This document shows positions 1-8,450 of a DNA stretch of 49,768 nt, in pieces. Every line of letters starts with the position of its first letter. Positions within the stretch are counted from its first letter, which is position 1. Position numbers and translations under genes: made by a program. The stretch is from a virus (taxonomy: Duplodnaviria; Caudoviricetes). Under the pieces are notes generated by a model, which did not search any database, was not told the origin of the DNA, and saw only the letters and a program-made list of their open reading frames with translations. The stretch spans positions 1-49,768 of the IMG/VR virus record IMGVR_UViG_3300020045_001667. One strand, written 5' to 3'.

Positions 1-265
1 TCACAATCTCACTATTCACAGAGTCCCACGTAAACGCGCCGGAAGGGTGATTAAATACCTCTGTATTGAACGTGATAACCTGCGCAGTGTCAGACGTTGC
101 GCACTGCTGAAAACCCTCAACGGTTTCATTTCTATATGCCAACCTAAAAACGTGAGCAGCTTGCAACTCTTCAATCTCTGTCTTTGCAGCCGCGAAGTTA
201 GCGCGAACGCCTGAAGTCGTGGGACTACCCAAAGGAGGGATGGCGACATTAATATTTGATGACAT
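1..265 (-). CDS. 5' part of a putative fibre/whisker-like virion protein, truncated by the window edge (MSSNINVAIPPLGSPTTSGVRANFAAAKTEIEELQAAH...)
   Basis: Hand-translated. ATG at 265-263 follows the stop of 268..654 and the frame stays open to base 1. It is not in the ORF track because it has no stop. The N-terminal NFxAAKxEIEELQ coil is typical of appendage proteins. Confidence 0.65.
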   Translation of the reverse strand, partial: MSSNINVAIPPLGSPTTSGVRANFAAAKTEIEELQAAHVFRLAYRNETVEGFQQCATSDTAQVITFNTEVFNHPSGAFTWDSVNSEIV

Positions 266-267
266 TG

Positions 268-654
268 TTAACCTCTTGTAAGTGTACCTGCTACCCATGC
301 AGCCGCGTAACCCGCTGGCGCTGCCATGCGACGGGTAGCATAGACTTTGAAATGTGAAATAACGCCCATTTGACGCACTGAAATAGAGCTAACCTCATAG
401 GCATACCCGCGCCATACGATCAGGTCAGGCTGTAGGCCCGTAGCCTCGCCGCCTTCCTGTAATGGCGTGTCGGTATAGACTTTGATCATGTCGCTAATGC
501 GACGGCCTTCTGGGGCTGTAATCAGGTCTTGCTCGGTGGCTGGTTGAATGCTAGCCATGATTGGCACAGAGCTACGCACGCCAGGCACGAATACACCGCT
601 GACATAGGCGCCAGAGGCTTCGTGCAGTACATCGAATGGTTTACGAAAGCTCAT
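268..654 (-). CDS. head-closure / head-tail joining protein
   Basis: 128 aa with ASIQP...LPEG-R-like and D-I-W-G--YEV motifs; lies after the neck gene. Confidence 0.65.
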   Translation of the reverse strand: MSFRKPFDVLHEASGAYVSGVFVPGVRSSVPIMASIQPATEQDLITAPEGRRISDMIKVYTDTPLQEGGEATGLQPDLIVWRGYAYEVSSISVRQMGVISHFKVYATRRMAAPAGYAAAWVAGTLTRG

Positions 655-1103
655 TTGCGGATTAGGTGTTTAATCGAATTAACCATAGCGCCCGTGTCAA
701 CCAAAGTTTTGGAGCTGCCCTTCTTGGCCTTGATCGTACTATCTGCCAGCTTAGGCAAAAAGTCACGCCCCGTAATGGTTTTCTGAATATCCTGTTCAGC
801 CTTTAACCCAAGCGTAGTAACCATTCTCGCAAATGCTAACTGCCCCATTTGCTTTACGATCTTTTCCATGTACCTGATATAACCCTGTTTGTTTTCGTCA
901 AATGCCGTTCGCATGAATGGCCTTGATGGTATTTTATCAGTTCCATATTCATTGGCAGCAGCATATTCAGCGATGTTAAAACCTTCTGCGTTTTTTGAGC
1001 CCTCAAGAACTCCAACAATCAATTCAGCCTTATTTGCATTGCGAAACTCAGCCATGATTTTACGCATGCCTAAGTCCCTATCCATGACGTATTTAACGGC
1101 CAT
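651..1103 (-). CDS. neck / tail-completion protein (HK97 gp10-like)
   Basis: A--NEYGT--IP-RPFMR and STI--KGSSKTLVDTG-M--SI motifs. Confidence 0.75.
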   Translation of the reverse strand: MAVKYVMDRDLGMRKIMAEFRNANKAELIVGVLEGSKNAEGFNIAEYAAANEYGTDKIPSRPFMRTAFDENKQGYIRYMEKIVKQMGQLAFARMVTTLGLKAEQDIQKTITGRDFLPKLADSTIKAKKGSSKTLVDTGAMVNSIKHLIRK

Positions 1104-1480
1104 TAGATAGGCGCAATAACGTCAAACATACGGGTAAGCACAGCGCACCCACCAATCCCAGTAGCAGCGCCTAAACGCAGCAATTGAGCCATATAAATGT
1201 CAGTAGCTGCGCCTGTCTTTGGTGCTGAATATTGGCGCTCTAAATCGCCCTCTTTCTCACGAATCAAAGCGCCACCAGTTACGCCACTTGCGCTGTTCTT
1301 TGATTCCAGCATTAGCGATGCAGCCTGATAAGCGGTTGCCAATTCTGGATTCACATAAGCCGCCGAATTCACAAATGATGCAGCCATATCGAGATACAAG
1401 CCAACCGTTAATTCTGATTCGCTTGCAAACTCAGGAGCTATTAATCTAAAGTATTCAAGCGAAGTAATCATAAATATCAA
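1103..1480 (-). CDS. head-tail adaptor (DUF4054-like); start may be 1471
   Basis: FR-IAPEF N-terminus and REKEGDL--QY motif; position in the head-completion module. Confidence 0.7.
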   Translation of the reverse strand: MIFMITSLEYFRLIAPEFASESELTVGLYLDMAASFVNSAAYVNPELATAYQAASLMLESKNSASGVTGGALIREKEGDLERQYSAPKTGAATDIYMAQLLRLGAATGIGGCAVLTRMFDVIAPI

Positions 1481-1504
1481 AGTTGGTTATATTCAATTGT
1501 AAAT

Positions 1505-1530
1505 GAAAGCCGTTTTTATGCGGCTTTCTT
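1505..1530. terminator. intrinsic terminator hairpin
   Basis: GAAAGCCG-N8-CGGCTTTC just downstream of 1555..3207. Confidence 0.55.
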
Positions 1531-1554
1531 TGCTTTGTGCTGATGGGATTAGAT

Positions 1555-3207
1555 TTATTGGCTAGTCGCATTTGCCCACGTATTTACAACAGGAGCCAAG
1601 AAATACTTGTGTGCATAATGCTCAGGGTGCAGTGCATCTTGGCTATAGGTTTCATTTACTGTTGCACCAATGGATGCGCCGGATGTAAAGCCTGATAACA
1701 GAGTGATGGTGAAATTACCACCACCAACGTCAACCTGTGATCGAACGCCACGCGCTTGCCCCCCGACTACCAACATAGCGCCTTCAGGTGCAGCACCCAC
1801 GATGATTATAGTAACCGCGTTTGCGATGTAAGTCGCTGCAACAGTCGTAGACCATGCGCTTACACGAATCTTCCCAAGGTTTGCCACATCTTCCCAAGCC
1901 GCTTGCGTTGGTATGAAGTAGTCAACAATGTCGCCATTCAAATTTGTTACAAGGCCATCATTAAACGTCTTGATAGAGCCGCTTCCTATGAAGCGCGTGC
2001 TTGCTGCTTGATTCGACAGCGTTACGCACAGATCGGATGTGCTGGATGGTCGCGCAAGAATTTGCGTTTGGGCAATCTTCATATCGGGGTACTCTGTGCG
2101 GATTACTCCATAGTATGAAGTCATACCCGTCAAGAATCCGCTTGCCGTAGTCCACCCAGAAGTGCTAGCACTATTGATGCCGTGTTCACTGACAATTATC
2201 GTGAATGGTTGGCATCCTCCTTGAGACGCGGCAACCAGAGCAACAGCATTCAGTCTACCGGACGCTGCATTACGCCCATTTGTTACCCATTGATCTGGAC
2301 TAGTCCCGAATACTGCAATGTTATTGCAAGACCAGCCAGCAGCCTTAAGGCCAAGCGGTATATATCCCCTAGTGCCTTCTGTCATCGTGTATGCATTCTC
2401 ATTCTGACCGTAACCAATTGAATCCCCAATTTCAAGCACAACAGGCTTCGGAGTAACTGCTAGGTTTTGACCTTTGCAAACCGCAAATGCTGGGCCGTAC
2501 GCGGTAGTGTTGTTAGTAACCGTACTTGCCACGCCATTTGTCAAATTTGCAGTTATATTGTTCAATGCGCTGTAGAACATTCCATCGCCGGTATTGGGGC
2601 CAAGTAGTAAAACTGCAGGGATCGTTTGGCTTGCTAAATCTGTGCTATAGGCTACTGCAAACCAAATGTAGTATGGTTTTGCATCAGATGCGTCCTGCAT
2701 CACTGTGCCTTGAGTAATCAAGGGGTCGGTTAGAATCCCTGCCAGCGTTGTCACCACTGATGGATCAATCCGCGCCGTATCTACCCCGGCAATCTTTCCG
2801 CGCACCCAAGTGGCGGTGGTCGGGTTGTTTGTTTCTGAATACCCTATTGACCAGCCTTGGATGTTGATCGCATTTTGTGTCAGCGAGTCGTTTGCTGCGC
2901 TTGTCGCCGTATAAAAATTTGGCAATTCGATCTGAAAATCGTATGCTGGGTAGGTGACCTTTCCCCAATACGGTCGGGATACCTGATACTGCTGTGTGCT
3001 GGTGCTAAACATTCCTACTGGGGTTACATTGCGCGTGCCGAAGAAGTAGGCGACCCCATCCACAGGAAGAAGTGTGTTCAGGATATTTTTATATAGCCCC
3101 GATACCTTGGCAAACACTCCGGCAACTGCGGTGTAAGTACCCGTATTTTTTGAGCTGACACCTACGACAACCGAATACGTACCATCTGACTTTGAACTGA
3201 CGGTCAT
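1555..3207 (-). CDS. virion-associated SGNH/GDSL esterase-domain protein (putative head fibre / polysaccharide deacetylase)
   Basis: Block I GDSI, block III HGINS, block V DALHP; Thr/Ala/Gly-rich beta-type composition; within the head operon. Confidence 0.7.
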   Translation of the reverse strand: MTVSSKSDGTYSVVVGVSSKNTGTYTAVAGVFAKVSGLYKNILNTLLPVDGVAYFFGTRNVTPVGMFSTSTQQYQVSRPYWGKVTYPAYDFQIELPNFYTATSAANDSLTQNAINIQGWSIGYSETNNPTTATWVRGKIAGVDTARIDPSVVTTLAGILTDPLITQGTVMQDASDAKPYYIWFAVAYSTDLASQTIPAVLLLGPNTGDGMFYSALNNITANLTNGVASTVTNNTTAYGPAFAVCKGQNLAVTPKPVVLEIGDSIGYGQNENAYTMTEGTRGYIPLGLKAAGWSCNNIAVFGTSPDQWVTNGRNAASGRLNAVALVAASQGGCQPFTIIVSEHGINSASTSGWTTASGFLTGMTSYYGVIRTEYPDMKIAQTQILARPSSTSDLCVTLSNQAASTRFIGSGSIKTFNDGLVTNLNGDIVDYFIPTQAAWEDVANLGKIRVSAWSTTVAATYIANAVTIIIVGAAPEGAMLVVGGQARGVRSQVDVGGGNFTITLLSGFTSGASIGATVNETYSQDALHPEHYAHKYFLAPVVNTWANATSQ

Positions 3208-3209
3208 GA

Positions 3210-3461
3210 TTAGGCTTTCTGGATATAGACGGTTCCATCAGGGCGGCCGTCATCATTCGACGGAGCTGTGCTGCCAATTATAATAAGTGGCACTCCATTG
3301 CTGGAAATTTCAACCCCCCCGGTGACAGGATTAGTAACCGCCTTAACAACCCCCAGCCCATCCAATTGCTCGCTAAGCGAAGGCTCACCGTCAGCATCAG
3401 TATCTTTTACAATACCGCGCTTAACAAGCTCGGCCATGAAAACGTCACGATTAATAGCCAT
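3210..3461 (-). CDS. small virion protein (fibre anchor-like)
   Basis: 83 aa; C-terminal APS-DDG-PDG-VYIQ motif seen in fibre linkers; coupled to its neighbours. Confidence 0.5.
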   Translation of the reverse strand: MAINRDVFMAELVKRGIVKDTDADGEPSLSEQLDGLGVVKAVTNPVTGGVEISSNGVPLIIIGSTAPSNDDGRPDGTVYIQKA

Positions 3462-3679
3462 TATTCAGCCTCTTTTTGTTTAGCAGGACGGCCACGACGG
3501 GCGGAGGGTGAATCTTCGGATTCTTTTTCGGCGGGGGTGATGATTACCATGTCGCCAGAGTCAATAGCCGGTTGAATGCTATCGATGGCGACTTTTTCAG
3601 TCAATTCAAATGTTTCAAGTGGCGCATAAATCTTACCCATAAGGCCATAAGCTCTGGCCGATACGTTTTTCAATTTCAT
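3461..3679 (-). CDS. small head-associated hypothetical protein
   Basis: 72 aa; AGGAG SD; basic RRGRP tail typical of the gene after the MCP. Confidence 0.6.
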   Translation of the reverse strand: MKLKNVSARAYGLMGKIYAPLETFELTEKVAIDSIQPAIDSGDMVIITPAEKESEDSPSARRGRPAKQKEAE

Positions 3680-3805
3680 TATTCAACTCCTTGTAATTTC
3701 GTGCATTTTAACAGTGAAAATGACATAGGTGTATAATAACGAAAACCCCGTAAGACGGCAATCTATACGGGGCTTCTAACCAAGTTATACAGGAAGGTAT
3801 ACAAA

Positions 3806-4519
3806 ATGGCTGATTCGAATTCTACACGAGATTTTTACGTTTACGTTCACCGCCGGGCGACTGATGGCATCGTTTTCTATGTTGGGAAAGGCACGGCTAA
3901 TAGGGCTTGGCAAAAAGCGTCAAAGCGCAATGAACACTGGAAACGAATAGTTGATAAGCACGGACTAATTGTTGAAATTGTCGAATCTGGATACCAAGAT
4001 TGGTACTCAATGGAGCGTGAAATTCAATTAATAGAGTTTTATGGATTTGACAATTTGTGCAATCAAACTCATGGCGGTGAAGGATGCAGCGGTAGAGTTT
4101 GGAGAGAAGAATCAAAAAAGAAACTTTCTGACTCCAAAAAAGGAATGAAAACTCCTTGGACTTGTGGCGACAGAAACCACATGAAAACAGCAGAATCAAA
4201 AGCAAAAGTTTCAGCCGCTCTGAAAGGTAGAAATTCTTTATGGATGATGGGCGAAAGAAATCCAACTCACAAACAGAAAAACAAAGACGCTACATCAATT
4301 AGATGCAAAGGAAAAAAACGTCCTGAAATTACAGGTGTAAATCATAAACTTGCAAAACCTGTTTTATGCGTTGAAACTGGAGTTGTTTTCCAATCTGGTG
4401 CAGATGCTGCTAGATGGTTAATATCAAACGGATGTTTAAGTGCTCTTCCATCAAACATATCAAGTGCATGCTCTGGAAAACTAAATTCAGCATATAAATT
4501 CACTTGGAAACTTGCATAA
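3806..4519 (+). mobile_element. free-standing GIY-YIG homing endonuclease with NUMOD3-like repeats
   Basis: FYVYVH...FYVGKG...R...E...NL-N-T-GGEG; AT-rich; antisense insertion directly after the MCP with its own TATAAT promoter. Confidence 0.85.
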
Positions 4520-4543
4520 AAAAGGGAGCCTAAGCTCCCTTTT
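4518..4543. terminator. bidirectional intrinsic terminator
   Basis: AAAAAAGGGAGC-CTAA-GCTCCCTTTT between the convergent HEG and MCP genes. Confidence 0.8.
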
Positions 4544-4558
4544 ATTGATTACACAATA

Positions 4559-5521
4559 TCAGCAACTGTCGCCAATCGCAAATGCTAACGGGTACTCAAC
4601 AATGACACCCCCAAAACGGCTCTCACACGGAATCACATATTCCAAGCCGTTAACCTGCGGCGAATACTGCTTGAAGCTCATTGGAATCTCGAGCTGCATA
4701 TTGTCGATGGAAAACTCACCGGCAACAATACGATCCAGACCACCACCGAAAGCATCCAACTCAATGACTGGCTTGAAGGTCACACCTGGGTTATTCAAGG
4801 TCACGAATTGCAGAATGGTAGTGTCCGAAGCCGTACTGTTTTGAGTGCTGGCGATCAGTGTGTACTGCTCCAAAGGCATCAAAACCATGTTGGCACGGTG
4901 AATGCCTTTTGACTGGGTAGTCACTTGATTGATCACGCCATTGATGTCTCGCACGATCTTGTCAGCGCTTTTTGCAGTCCACAACTTGCTCGAAGACGTA
5001 CCGTCAGCGGGAACGGTGTAAGCTGGAATGTTTGCATTGGTCATGAAACCAGGCAAGCCATTCTCGGTGTCGCCACCCCAAGCCAAACGATTGATCATTT
5101 CTTCGTGGGCGCGTTGGGCTGCACGCATTTTCTTTTCAGACAGCGAAACGCCAGCGAACTGAGCAGAACGGATCTCTTGAACGCTGTAGCCATATGCGAT
5201 ACCAATGCCGCGAATGGGACTGGTGAACTCTTTACCAGACACATCGGCGCGTGGCAAATCTGTCGCGTAATTCGCGATGATCTTGGCAACGCCAACGGAA
5301 TCGTACTGGCGGTAGGTAATGGTCGTCGCGCCTTCTGGTGTGGAAGTGGAAACCGGGAAGATTTCAAGTGCATTCAGCTTGGCACGCTTGACATCGTAAG
5401 ACTGAGCCTTAATCGACTCAAGCTGGCGACTGAAAAACAAACTCTCGTTTGCGTCGAATCGGCCCGAAGCCTCAATGGCGCGAAGGTCGTTTGCGTCGTA
5501 GTTCATGTTTTTGTTAGGCAT
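4559..5521 (-). CDS. major capsid protein (DUF2184 family)
   Basis: 320 aa; F--RQLE-I, Y--YD-VG-A-II---A-DLPR-D and C-terminal SRFGGV---YP-A motifs. Confidence 0.9.
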   Translation of the reverse strand: MPNKNMNYDANDLRAIEASGRFDANESLFFSRQLESIKAQSYDVKRAKLNALEIFPVSTSTPEGATTITYRQYDSVGVAKIIANYATDLPRADVSGKEFTSPIRGIGIAYGYSVQEIRSAQFAGVSLSEKKMRAAQRAHEEMINRLAWGGDTENGLPGFMTNANIPAYTVPADGTSSSKLWTAKSADKIVRDINGVINQVTTQSKGIHRANMVLMPLEQYTLIASTQNSTASDTTILQFVTLNNPGVTFKPVIELDAFGGGLDRIVAGEFSIDNMQLEIPMSFKQYSPQVNGLEYVIPCESRFGGVIVEYPLAFAIGDSC

Positions 5522-5523
5522 GA

Positions 5524-5979
5524 TTATTTGATCTCCACAATTGCCAGACCGGCGGCGGTCGTAGCGGTTACAAAACGGGCGTTAAACTGGGTGAATGCCT
5601 CGATACCAGTGGTAACGGCTGCATCGGTCAACGTGCCGTCAGCAACGGTCAGATTAGCCAGCGAGCCAGCAACAACGGCGTCAGAGGTCATAACCCAGAA
5701 GCGACCTTGAGTCAGCACGGACACGGTTTCTTTCAGGCCATACTGCACAACGCCGGAACCGTTTTGGTCACGGGCATGATCGTGCAAAGCGAAGCCAACA
5801 GCCAAAGCGCCAGAAGTGGTTTTAAGCACTTGCTTGGCTGCATCAGTTCCCAGCTTGACCGGGTAAGCCATTGGGATAACTTCTTCGGCAGCATAAGAAC
5901 GCACTTGATGCGAGCCAATGCCATCGAGCATACCCTTGAAGGCTACAGCGCCATATTGAGTAACAGTAGTTTGCGACAT
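5524..5979 (-). CDS. capsid decoration/cement protein
   Basis: 151 aa immediately upstream of the MCP; VSVL-QGR-WV motif. Confidence 0.75.
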   Translation of the reverse strand: MSQTTVTQYGAVAFKGMLDGIGSHQVRSYAAEEVIPMAYPVKLGTDAAKQVLKTTSGALAVGFALHDHARDQNGSGVVQYGLKETVSVLTQGRFWVMTSDAVVAGSLANLTVADGTLTDAAVTTGIEAFTQFNARFVTATTAAGLAIVEIK

Positions 5980-5981
5980 GA

Positions 5982-7068
5982 TTAAGCGCCTTTCTTGGAA
6001 AGAGATTGTTTGTATTCGACGTACTTTTGAGCGGACGTTTTAGCCACGCCAGCGCCGTCGTTATTCATGGCTTGCATCCGCTGCCCCTGCATAGCCGTAT
6101 CGGCCTTCATTGACAGACATATCAAAAGCCGCATTCACGTATTCGTCAGACTTGCCAGTCAGGTCAGCGTCAGCGCGAACAGCCTTAATCACGGCTTCTT
6201 TAACTTCACGGTCAGACTTGCCAGCGCAATCAACCCTGAAGCCTTCAGCAGCTTTATCCAACTCAGCGCGTGCTTTGATCTCTGCGCGGGCAGATTCCAG
6301 CGCGTCAGTTTTTACCTTAGCCAACTCAGCGGCAAAGCCATCCACGCGGGCCTTCAGCGTATCACGCTCACCGGCTAGCTTTTCGGCTTCAGCTTTTTGA
6401 GCTTCGGACTGGGTTTTGAAATTCAAGGCATCATCACGCAACTTGTCCAGCGCGTGCACTACCTCGGGGGCGGCATCATATTCGATGCCCGAATCAAGCC
6501 GCACGCGGCCAAGTTTGTCAGACATTACGTCCTCCGTGAAAGCGACCGCATCAAAGCGGTCAAGATTAAGCCGCGCATTACCTGCGCGACCCTTCGGCAC
6601 GAGCGCCAAATGATTGATCTTCAAATTACGCTGAATAACATCATATTTTTCACCGTTGTATTCACCCGGTGTTTCGTCCAAGTCAACCGTATAGCCAAGC
6701 GACAACTCACGCACGCCGCCTTTTTCAGCCTTGATGATGGCTTCAGCGTCTTGGATTATGATGTCCACGCGGACGTTATCGCCGTCCTGTTTGCCAGCAC
6801 CTAGGATGGTTCCAATGGTCAGCTTCTTGAAGTTAGCCGCCGTCACCTTGCCATTGGGGTGAGCGTCAGTGATAGGCTTACCCACCATGCTCGCAAGGGC
6901 GTCAGGGTGGAACACCTCTTCAGCCGGGCGGTACTCTTTTCGAGTCGTGCCATCCGAATTCATGTACGTCTGAATGCCAACGCGCCCGACGATAGGCGTG
7001 TCCACCAAAAACCCTTCATCGGTTTTGGTGGCTTTCAATTGAGCAAAATCGTATCTTTGAACGGTCAT
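5982..7068 (-). CDS. DUF2213 prohead protease/scaffold; the main frame ends at 6061 and the likely true C-terminus is in another frame (5982-6110)
   Basis: T-EGFL, R-GIQ-Y, ELS-GY, NHLALV--GRAG motifs plus a coiled-coil C-terminal half; see findings. Confidence 0.85.
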
Positions 7069-7169
7069 ATTGAGTTTATATCATATCGCAAAACCTAATG
7101 CAAATTTATGCAATGTCAATCGGTGAAAACCCTAATAGACTTTGTTTTTATTCGTGGCATAGTTAGCAA

Positions 7170-7361
7170 ATGACAAATAACCAAGAAACCCTAGCCGCTC
7201 ACGCCGTCATTGGCTGCGCTCACCAGTGCTTAGCCGACATGGACGGCGTATTGCCAATGGACTACAGCGCCAGCGCGACGGCTATCCTATGGCGGGCGCT
7301 TGAGATTCAATTATCCGGCGTGGCTATTGAGTCTCTGTTGTTGGCTAGGGATGGGAGTTAA
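7170..7361 (+). CDS. hypothetical protein (moron)
   Basis: 63 aa antisense insertion in the head module. Confidence 0.45.
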   Translation: MTNNQETLAAHAVIGCAHQCLADMDGVLPMDYSASATAILWRALEIQLSGVAIESLLLARDGS

Positions 7362-7363
7362 TA

Positions 7364-7579
7364 ATGTTTTGCACTGAACCTGTAAATCGTATTGCAAATA
7401 AAAAACACAATTGCACATATTGCAGCGAGCCAATCAATAAAGGCGAAAGTTACAACACGTGGAAGTCTGTCGATGATTCTTGGTTTACAAATAAGATGCA
7501 CCATGAATGCGCTGACTATCTTAATGAATATGGCGATGGTGAATACAGCCCATATTGCAATGACAGGCCAGCACTATAA
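7364..7579 (+). CDS. small Zn-finger-like protein (moron)
   Basis: CTYC...HHEC; GGGAG SD. Confidence 0.6.
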   Translation: MFCTEPVNRIANKKHNCTYCSEPINKGESYNTWKSVDDSWFTNKMHHECADYLNEYGDGEYSPYCNDRPAL

Positions 7580-7580
7580 A

Positions 7581-7656
7581 AAGTTCTAACAACATCTAAC
7601 CAGTTCTAACCAAAACACCTTAGAACCAGTTAGACATTGTTATACATTGTTAGAAC
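7581..7656. repeat. 10-bp-periodic inverted TCTAAC/GTTAGA array
   Basis: TCTAAC at 7585, 7595, 7605; inverted copies or variants at 7619, 7629, 7639, 7649. Confidence 0.75.
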
Positions 7657-8450
7657 TCAGGCAGCACAAGTGCAGCTCGGCACCTACACCTTATCGGCGT
7701 ACCCGGATGACCTACACTTGGCGGCTTATCCCAGCTAAACAGTTTTCCATTTAACTCTACATGCTCAGGACGAACACGGCTATCACCCACGGTGGCCCAT
7801 TCGTATTTTTCAACCCCGATGGATTCTGCGCGAATCTGGGTTAAACGAGCATTCGCACCAAGTATCTGATCTTGAGCAATAAGCGTGGACCTATTCTTTG
7901 TAACGCCAAACTGTTTTTGTATCTGGTCTGATACTTGCTTTACAGAGCTACCATTCAGCACGCCTTGCCGGATTATGGTTTCAAGCTGGCCGTGATACTG
8001 AGAACCAATTGACTTAACAAGCGACACATTCTGTTTAACCCACGCGCGCTGCATATCAGCAAGCCACTTTTCTTCGCCATACACGTTCACGCCTAGCAGT
8101 GATTTACCGCGCATACTAGCTTCAGGCAATGTAACCCTCGTGGATGCCTTAACCGCCATAATCAACGCCCTGTCATTGGTCTTAGCCAATAGCGCAAACA
8201 TACCCGGCAAACGCGACTCAACGACGCGGCCATCAAACAGGATGGCGTCTAATAGCATCGACAACAGCACGTCCAAGTCCTCTGCATACCCGTCTTGCGT
8301 AAGCTCTGTATTAGCCTGTTTTAATATGCTTGGCAGCCTAGGCATGACGATGCGCCTAGTGCTAGCTACGATCTGTCTAACGTACCACTGCAATAATCTT
8401 TGATATTCCCGTTCACTTTGATCGGGCGGATTCAGAATAGCAGTCTTCAA
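7650..8450 (-). CDS. minor head protein (MuF / SPP1 gp7 family)
   Basis: R--LIA-DQ, Y-W-T-GD-RVR-EH, PG-PIRCRC. Confidence 0.9.
   Translation of the reverse strand: MKTAILNPPDQSEREYQRLLQWYVRQIVASTRRIVMPRLPSILKQANTELTQDGYAEDLDVLLSMLLDAILFDGRVVESRLPGMFALLAKTNDRALIMAVKASTRVTLPEASMRGKSLLGVNVYGEEKWLADMQRAWVKQNVSLVKSIGSQYHGQLETIIRQGVLNGSSVKQVSDQIQKQFGVTKNRSTLIAQDQILGANARLTQIRAESIGVEKYEWATVGDSRVRPEHVELNGKLFSWDKPPSVGHPGTPIRCRCRAALVLPEF

Noticed and set aside
16-249. 77-aa ORF from the track
   Set aside because: Wrong frame; the ORF starting at 265 and running off the edge is coupled to the upstream gene and is more protein-like.
3680-4558. Group I intron around the homing endonucleases
   Set aside because: The flanking genes are intact and the HEGs are intergenic; no room for an intron core.
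4925-5710. 261-aa plus-strand ORF and other long antisense ORFs
   Set aside because: Shadow frames opposite well-supported structural genes; no SD and no motifs.
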